From positions 62,041 through 126,040 of the IMG/VR virus record IMGVR_UViG_3300032038_007781: a stretch of 64,000 nucleotides of DNA. One strand, 5' to 3'. The notes under the pieces are model-generated. The model was given only the letters and a program-made list of their open reading frames with translations, did not search any database and was not told the DNA's origin. This document shows, in pieces, positions 57,807 through 64,000 of this stretch. This DNA comes from a virus. Its lineage: Duplodnaviria > Caudoviricetes. Both the position numbers and the translations under genes were made by a program. The number at the start of each line of letters is the position of its first letter. Position 1 is the stretch's first letter.

Positions 57807-58895
57807 ATGAAGGTAGGTATTTGTTTTGGTGGGTATTGCCCTATGCATAGAGGGCATTTAGACGCCATTATGAAGGCAAAAAAAGAAAATGATAAGGTTT
57901 TACTTATTGTTTGCGGTTATGAAGGTGAAGAAAGGGCTAAAGAAATTGCCCTTTCTTTAAGTCAAAAAACTTGTAAGGTAAAAGAAATATTTAAAAACGA
58001 TGAACAAGTCATAGTTGATGCAATCAACGATACTGATTTAGGACTTGATGAAAGTATGTGTCCTAATAACTGGAAGATTTGGCTTGGTGAAGTTGAAAGA
58101 AAACTTAAAAAACATAATTTATACACTGATGAATCACATTTCACTTTCTATTTGGCTGAAAAATTCTACAAAGAATCTATTGAAAAAGTTTCTGACAAAT
58201 TTAATGTTGTCGTAATACCAAAGACAATTCCTATTAGTGGTACAAAGATAAGAAAGAATCCTGTAAAATATTGGAATTATATACTTCCACCTTTTAGGGA
58301 AACACTAACTAAGAACATTCTTATTACAGGCACAGCTTCAGAGGGTAAATCAACACTTGTCCGTGACATTGCAACATATTTTAATATTCCTTTTTCGGAA
58401 GAATATGGAAGAAAGTATATGGAAAAGAAATGTATGTTAGACACTGATTTAACCGTTAAAGATTTTATCAATTTTATAATTGGTCAAAGGGATGATATGG
58501 TTGAAAAAAGTGCTAAATCAAACAGTGGCTTGTTTATTTCAGATACTGATAATATCGTAACACTTATGTATGCTTTAGCTTATTCAACTAATGATGAAAT
58601 GCAACTGACAAGTGAAGAATTTGAAACAATATTAAAACCACTTGCTTTATCTTTGAAAGATTCTATTAAGTGGGATAAAATATTTTTACTGCCACCTAAG
58701 AACACATTTGTTGATGATGGTACAAGATATATGAAGCAATCTTCAATCGAAGAAAGAAGTAAAAACTTTGGCATTTTAGTCGCATTTATTAAAGAATTTG
58801 GGCTGTGGGAGAAAGTTGAAATTCTTGATGATACTTTTGAAGGCAATTTTAACCGAGTAAAGGAATATATCAATTCATTTTATGAAGAAGATTAA
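57807..58895 (+). CDS. nadR: NadR-like bifunctional NMN adenylyltransferase / nicotinamide riboside kinase
   Basis: GGYCPMHRGH (HxGH); ISGTKIR; ITGTASEGKST; EEYGRKY; SDTD; FVDDGTR. Confidence 0.85.
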   Translation: MKVGICFGGYCPMHRGHLDAIMKAKKENDKVLLIVCGYEGEERAKEIALSLSQKTCKVKEIFKNDEQVIVDAINDTDLGLDESMCPNNWKIWLGEVERKLKKHNLYTDESHFTFYLAEKFYKESIEKVSDKFNVVVIPKTIPISGTKIRKNPVKYWNYILPPFRETLTKNILITGTASEGKSTLVRDIATYFNIPFSEEYGRKYMEKKCMLDTDLTVKDFINFIIGQRDDMVEKSAKSNSGLFISDTDNIVTLMYALAYSTNDEMQLTSEEFETILKPLALSLKDSIKWDKIFLLPPKNTFVDDGTRYMKQSSIEERSKNFGILVAFIKEFGLWEKVEILDDTFEGNFNRVKEYINSFYEED

Positions 58896-59547
58896 TAGTT
58901 TCTTAAAAGAAGAATTTGTAAATGGAAGAACAACATTTGACGTGTTGTTCCTCCTTTTTGGTTTGTTATTGCAAATTGTAACGTTTGCGATAACTGATAA
59001 TTCTATTTTATCATTAGTGAGTGGGTTATCTGGTGTTTTATCAGTTGTACTTTGTTCACAAAGGAAAATATCATTCTATTTCTTAGGCTTTATCCAATTA
59101 TTCACTTACGTAATTTTATCTTGGAAAGAAGCTTTTTACGGTGAATTAATTGAAAATGCTTTCTATTTTGTTACAATGATATATGGAATTTATATATGGC
59201 TTAAACATTATAGAGTCAATGAAATTGATGAAAATGAAGTTGTAACAAAGTCATTAACGCATAAAGGGTTAACTTATTCATTGGCTATTGCATTTTTTGG
59301 CACTTTATTTACTTGGCAAGCCTTTAAATGCACTAATGACACACAACCTTTCATAGATTCAATTACGACAGTTCCTGCGCTAATTGCACAAGTTCTATCA
59401 ATATATAGATATAAAGAATCGTGGTATTATTGGTTGTTTATTGACTTTGGGTCTATCATTCTTTGGTTTAATGCTGAGAACTATTGTATGGCAATGCAAT
59501 ATGCATTTTGGTCACTAAATTGTTTATACGGATTAAAAAAATGGTAA
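58882..59547 (+). CDS. pnuC: PnuC-family nicotinamide riboside transporter
   Basis: About 7 TM helices; YGIYIW; DSITT; ESWYYWLFID; YGLKKW. Confidence 0.85.
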   Translation: MKKINSFLKEEFVNGRTTFDVLFLLFGLLLQIVTFAITDNSILSLVSGLSGVLSVVLCSQRKISFYFLGFIQLFTYVILSWKEAFYGELIENAFYFVTMIYGIYIWLKHYRVNEIDENEVVTKSLTHKGLTYSLAIAFFGTLFTWQAFKCTNDTQPFIDSITTVPALIAQVLSIYRYKESWYYWLFIDFGSIILWFNAENYCMAMQYAFWSLNCLYGLKKW

Positions 59548-59558
59548 GTGTAAATAAA

Positions 59559-59599
59559 TTATAAAATCCAGAAAATGTTTTTTTTCTGGATTTTATAAT
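59559..59599. terminator. bidirectional terminator
   Basis: TTATAAAATCCAGAAAA...TTTTCTGGATTTTATAA. Confidence 0.65.
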
Positions 59600-59606
59600 T
59601 TATACG

Positions 59607-60665
59607 CTAAACACCCATTATGCCACCAAACGTTTCCAAATATTTTTCTTTACCAAGAATTTGTATCAATTGTTTTGGCCAGAAATAATATCTCAACCCA
59701 TAAGGATTATTTTCAGCATAATATAATATTGTATCTTTCATTTCTTTAAAGTTTTTATTAAGATACTCCTCAAAAGATATATTGTTTTTCTTGCAGTAGT
59801 AGCTATCAAAATTATATTCGTATTTAGCTAATTTATTCCAAGAAAAATCATCGTTAGGGTTAAATATATCAGAATATTCAGGCTTATATTCTTCCTTTTC
59901 TTTTTCTTTAAATTTCCTTATGAAGTCAACCCTTTTATAAGGTATGTATTGTTCACTGTTTTCTTCCTTGACCCAGAAACGTTTAATCATATTAGGGTTC
60001 AAATCACCAAGGAATAAAGCTTGATGTTCGTTGTTATTAAATATGTTATAAGCCATCGCAGGATTATCACTATTCCTTATATAGTCATATGAAACAACAT
60101 CGTCCTTTTTAGTTTGATAATTAAAATATCTTTCATCTTCTATACTCCTTGCATCATCATTATACTTCTTCTTTTGTGCATCCCTTTCAGACTTATTAGC
60201 AAAAGGCATAGGCTGAGTTCCTTGCCCAAAATATGTCCCTTGTCCATTCCAAACAGGCGTATCAAGGTCAGTAGCACTTGCAGTAAATTCAATAATTACG
60301 CCATGTGAAGCAAAAGAGCCATTTTTAGCTACGTTAAAATCAGTAGTTACGAATATCCCTTTAGGGTTCATTCCAGATTCGTATGAAAATGCTCTTTTTG
60401 CGTATACTTTACCACTTGCGCCATATAAAGCAAATTGCATAGCAGTGTCCATGCTACATTTATGAAACACTCTAATCTTGTCACTATTCTTTATAGGCTC
60501 CTGTTCATATCTATCAGTCCAATTTGTTTTACCAACAACTTTATAAGGATGCTTTTCACCAGGTAAAGGTGGCATTGTATCTTTACCATAAGCATTGTCA
60601 ATATATTTTACTTCATTAACAAATTTATTTATTTCTTCAGTTATAATAGTTCTAATATTTTTCAT
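59607..60665 (-). CDS. ART-fold-like late protein
   Basis: MKNIRTIITEEINKFVNE leader; IRVFH...GIFVTTDFNVAK...VIIEF; ATATTTAT at 60691-60698. Confidence 0.55.
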   Translation of the reverse strand: MKNIRTIITEEINKFVNEVKYIDNAYGKDTMPPLPGEKHPYKVVGKTNWTDRYEQEPIKNSDKIRVFHKCSMDTAMQFALYGASGKVYAKRAFSYESGMNPKGIFVTTDFNVAKNGSFASHGVIIEFTASATDLDTPVWNGQGTYFGQGTQPMPFANKSERDAQKKKYNDDARSIEDERYFNYQTKKDDVVSYDYIRNSDNPAMAYNIFNNNEHQALFLGDLNPNMIKRFWVKEENSEQYIPYKRVDFIRKFKEKEKEEYKPEYSDIFNPNDDFSWNKLAKYEYNFDSYYCKKNNISFEEYLNKNFKEMKDTILYYAENNPYGLRYYFWPKQLIQILGKEKYLETFGGIMGV

Positions 60666-60734
60666 ATTAAATAAAAAAAATGAATATACTATAAATATAT
60701 TCATTTCTTCTTTTCTTTTATTAAATATCTATCT

Positions 60735-61499
60735 CTAAACAGCTATATTTTTAATACGTTCTTCAGCGTATTTACACTGATTTTCAGATAGTTCACTACC
60801 AAGATAATGTAAGCCAAGTTCCTTGCAAGCAGCAGCAGTTGTTCCTGTACCCATAAATGGGTCATATACCAAGTTTTCATCAGTGGCATATATCCTAAAC
60901 AACTGCTTACATAGGTCTGTAGAATAAGTTGCTTGATTCAATTTCCTTGTTTCACTATCATTATTCCTTGCTTCAATATAGTTGTAGAAAAGGTTATAAA
61001 ATTTTTGTCCAGTTTTCTGTGAAATTGTTTTTACACCTTTATATACGTTATATGTTTCCATTTCAGTATTTCTTGCAAAAACCCAAACAAATTCCCATGC
61101 CCTTGTCAATCTCCTTGGCTGCCCAGGTACAGGAATACAAGATTTCTTCTTCCACACAATAGTGTCTACCAATCTCCAATTACTTTGTTTTTCTATTTCA
61201 GCAATAATTTTGTATGGTAATGAAGGGTTCAAAACTGAATATGAAAAATTATAAATGACTGTGCCATTATTTTTAATAATTCTATCAAAATCATTAAATA
61301 AATGGCACGTCCATTCTATATATTCTTCTTCAGATTTCCAATCCTTGTATACATCATACCTTCCGCTATCAGCATAACCTCCCTTTCTATGCGTCATATT
61401 GTATGGTGGTGATGTCATAACCAAATCTATTGTCCCGTCTTCAATTCTATTCTCTATCGTTGAAACACAATCCTCGTTAAAAATCTTATCTATTTCCAT
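60735..61499 (-). CDS. DNA N4-cytosine/N6-adenine methyltransferase (beta class)
   Basis: TSPPY; DPFMGTGTT. Confidence 0.9.
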   Translation of the reverse strand: MEIDKIFNEDCVSTIENRIEDGTIDLVMTSPPYNMTHRKGGYADSGRYDVYKDWKSEEEYIEWTCHLFNDFDRIIKNNGTVIYNFSYSVLNPSLPYKIIAEIEKQSNWRLVDTIVWKKKSCIPVPGQPRRLTRAWEFVWVFARNTEMETYNVYKGVKTISQKTGQKFYNLFYNYIEARNNDSETRKLNQATYSTDLCKQLFRIYATDENLVYDPFMGTGTTAAACKELGLHYLGSELSENQCKYAEERIKNIAV

Positions 61500-61572
61500 A
61501 ATTAAATAATATTAACAGCTAAATATTGTTAAATAGTTTTTTATTAAAAAAATTTTATATATATTATCACAT

Positions 61573-61740
61573 ATGAAACCTTATGGAAGACAAAAACATA
61601 TCACAGGAGGTAACTCTTGGAAAATAGACTCACACTTACATTCTAAAGGAAAAAAAGTGGAAAATTGGTGGGAAAATATTGCATTACCACTATCAAGGTC
61701 AATGATGAAGCAAAAATTAAAAAAAGAAATGGAGATATGA
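61573..61740 (+). CDS. 55-aa hypothetical protein
   Basis: MKPYGRQKHITGGNSWKIDSHLHSKGKKVENWWE...; ATGA overlap with the next ORF. Confidence 0.55.
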   Translation: MKPYGRQKHITGGNSWKIDSHLHSKGKKVENWWENIALPLSRSMMKQKLKKEMEI

Positions 61741-62150
61741 AATGCTGTAATATTTGTAAATACGTCCATAGAAGTACAATGCCTTTCAGAAAAGGGTTAT
61801 ATACTGCTTCCTGTGGGGCAAGCTTGGTTTTCGGCTTCAAACAATCAATTGCGCATAGATTAAAAGATGGTGATATTATAAACACACCTTCTTGGTGTCC
61901 TTTAAATGAAAAGGCTTTGAAGGAAAGAAAATGTAAATCGTTCAAAGATATTAAACCAATATTTAGTTTTGATTTAATTAAAGAAGGCTGTTGGTATCAC
62001 GTACCACCAATTGATGGTAAAAAACGTATGGATATTTTTATTGAAAAGAAATATGCTTCTTCAATAAGATATACCCAACGAGGAAGCATTAAATGTGAAT
62101 ATATGCAAAAAACTGATAATGCGATAAAATTCATGTCTAATGTGGATTGA
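61737..62150 (+). CDS. Cys-rich hypothetical protein
   Basis: MKCCNICKY...TPSWCPL. Confidence 0.6.
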   Translation: MKCCNICKYVHRSTMPFRKGLYTASCGASLVFGFKQSIAHRLKDGDIINTPSWCPLNEKALKERKCKSFKDIKPIFSFDLIKEGCWYHVPPIDGKKRMDIFIEKKYASSIRYTQRGSIKCEYMQKTDNAIKFMSNVD

Positions 62151-62247
62151 GCATTAATTTAAAGATGGTGAATAACTTAGTATTCGTCATCTTTTTGCTT
62201 TTTTAATAAATCAGTAAGATATTTATATCTAAATGATTTATTAAATT

Positions 62248-64000
62248 ATGGCAAAATATTTAAAAGCTTACGAAACCCTGCAAGATTTTATGGATGCAGG
62301 CGGACAAGAAAACATGATTGTGCCTGGAATTGCTTGGATTAGGCAAGGTGATACCGTTTATTTCAATGTTGGAACACAAGAAGAAGATGGAAAAGAAATC
62401 CCTGTTTATGTAGCATTAAAACTAGGTTCTTTCTTGCTTTCAGACAAGAAGACAGTTGTATCTCAAGCTTCAATTACAGAGTCACAAAAGGCTGATGCCA
62501 TTGGTATTTTTGTTGGTGTTAACAAAATGACAAATAAGCCAATGTTTGCTTCAGTAAAGGCATTAACTGATAATGAGTTAACAACACCTATAGCATTTTG
62601 CAATGGTATATTAGGTAGAGTATCTAATGGCAATGATGTATATAGATTGAAAGGTGAACCATCATCTTATTCGTTTTATGAAGTAAATTCAACTGATGTT
62701 GTTGGCGAAGAAGGAAAAATAGCTATTACTAACCTTAATACAAGTGACCAGAATACAAGTGTTGCTAAAACAAGAGCTGTACATGATTTCGGTGGTATTT
62801 CTAATACTAATGCATGGTTGTCACAAATCGAATCAATAGAAGGTGTTGAAATTTCGGATTTTCCAGTGTTTAATTTACTAAAATCAAATTTTGATTCAGA
62901 TTGGTATTTACCTAGTGCTGGAGAATTAGAGTGTGCTCGTACTAATGGCTTTAAAAGTGGTTCTTTGATTGAGTCAGCTTTGAAAATTTTAGGTAGTGCT
63001 AAAACAATTAACAATAATGGTGGGTATTGGACATCAACATTAAAGCAAAATGCGAGACATGACAATAATAGTGATATTATGTCTTCAGATGTAATCTATT
63101 GGGTTAAACAAACGCATGATGTGTTGGATGCCTGGGGTATTGATTTGAATAATGCTGATATAAGAATTCTACCTTTTATTCAAATTGAAGTTAATTCAAT
63201 TTATGCATCAATTAACACAGTTACTTTAGATGAATTTAACACAGATAATAGTGATTATAAAATCACAGATAACGTAATTTTCAAAAGTGGCGTTGATACT
63301 GGTAGTGGCACAGGGTCTTTTAGACGTATTCCTTCAGTAGCCATTACAAATAAAGGAAATTACATTGCAGCTTGTGAAGACCGCCCAACTGTAGCGGATG
63401 AAACTAATACAAGTATCTTGTTTGCTCGTAGAAATTATTCTGCAACAACTTGGGAATATAGAACTTTATTAGCATATGATGAAAGCGCTAGCTTAAAATA
63501 TATGAACCCTATGTTCGTTATTGATAGAACTGGTGTGCATGGTGCTAAAGGTAGAATTTACCTTTGGGTATTGGCTTATCGTAAAGATATGTCAACGAAT
63601 CAAGCAAAAGCAGTTTCAGCTACAACGGAAGAAGGTGATTCTTTATACATGTATTCTGATGATGATGGAAAAACATGGTCTAACCCAATATCAACAAAGG
63701 ATAAGTGGAATTCAACTAAATTTAAGTGCTCTTGGGTTGCTGCAACAAATGGTATTCAAATGAGTGATGGCACATTGGTTTTGCCAGCTATGGCTACTAA
63801 AACTGATAATAATTGGTATAGTGGTTTAATTTACAAACGTGTTGGTAGTGATTGGAAATATTCAAATACTACTCCACACGCTGGTGATAATGAGGTTGCT
63901 ATCTTTGAAGGTAATGATGGAAAACTATATTTGAACGCAAGAAGCAATGACAAAAATGCAACACCATCATATAAAAGGAATTGTTATACATATGATTTTG
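62248..64000 (+). CDS. virion protein with DUF1566/C-type-lectin-like domain and GH33 sialidase-like domain, runs off the right edge
   Basis: ATG at 62248 (MAKYLKAYETLQDF); WYLPSAGEL...YWTST; FRRIPS (RIP motif); Asp-box YSDDDGKTW; GIQMSDGTLVLP; ATATTTAT at 62219-62226. Confidence 0.8.
   Translation, partial: MAKYLKAYETLQDFMDAGGQENMIVPGIAWIRQGDTVYFNVGTQEEDGKEIPVYVALKLGSFLLSDKKTVVSQASITESQKADAIGIFVGVNKMTNKPMFASVKALTDNELTTPIAFCNGILGRVSNGNDVYRLKGEPSSYSFYEVNSTDVVGEEGKIAITNLNTSDQNTSVAKTRAVHDFGGISNTNAWLSQIESIEGVEISDFPVFNLLKSNFDSDWYLPSAGELECARTNGFKSGSLIESALKILGSAKTINNNGGYWTSTLKQNARHDNNSDIMSSDVIYWVKQTHDVLDAWGIDLNNADIRILPFIQIEVNSIYASINTVTLDEFNTDNSDYKITDNVIFKSGVDTGSGTGSFRRIPSVAITNKGNYIAACEDRPTVADETNTSILFARRNYSATTWEYRTLLAYDESASLKYMNPMFVIDRTGVHGAKGRIYLWVLAYRKDMSTNQAKAVSATTEEGDSLYMYSDDDGKTWSNPISTKDKWNSTKFKCSWVAATNGIQMSDGTLVLPAMATKTDNNWYSGLIYKRVGSDWKYSNTTPHAGDNEVAIFEGNDGKLYLNARSNDKNATPSYKRNCYTYDF

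Noticed and set aside
62248-63200. Diversity-generating retroelement target (DUF1566/CLec-like domain)
   Set aside because: No reverse transcriptase or template-repeat copy seen in the window
1-64000. Alternative genetic code (TAG=Gln) as in Lak megaphages
   Set aside because: Long genes are open in the standard code, and TAG ends genes at plausible boundaries (36765, 54396, 59607, 60735)
1-64000. CRISPR array, tRNA or rRNA genes
   Set aside because: No regularly spaced repeats or cloverleaf-like sequences seen; intergenic gaps are short and largely explained by promoters and terminators

Overview
A 64 kb, strongly AT-rich segment of a large T4-like (jumbo) phage, read in the standard genetic code. 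The host is inferred to be Bacteroidales (Prevotella/Bacteroides-like), from about 10 canonical TTTG-N18-20-TATATTTG promoters, a TonB-dependent receptor and a lipoprotein. The left half holds the head module: gp23-like major capsid, acidic scaffold, gp21-like protease, gp20-like portal and gp17-like terminase, interleaved with zinc-repeat homing-endonuclease-like genes. The rest mixes metabolic genes (thyA, dNMP kinase, thioredoxin, SF1 helicase, ClpC, MTase, lysis genes) with many late genes sharing an N-terminal leader (MKKLIRLTExDLHRIIE / MKKIIIxE) and an upstream ATATTTAT motif. Top candidates for new biology: (1) a TBDR-NadR-PnuC operon, a probable nicotinamide-riboside-to-NAD+ import route, flanked by two of four ADP-ribosyltransferase-like genes that look capsid-targeted; (2) early mini-genes mimicking segments of the phage's own capsid protein, including the Gol-peptide region; (3) a probable programmed -1 frameshift in a head-core-like gene; (4) a probable protease-processed ART+nucleotidyltransferase polyprotein. 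All functional calls come from motif recognition by eye; no database searches were run.
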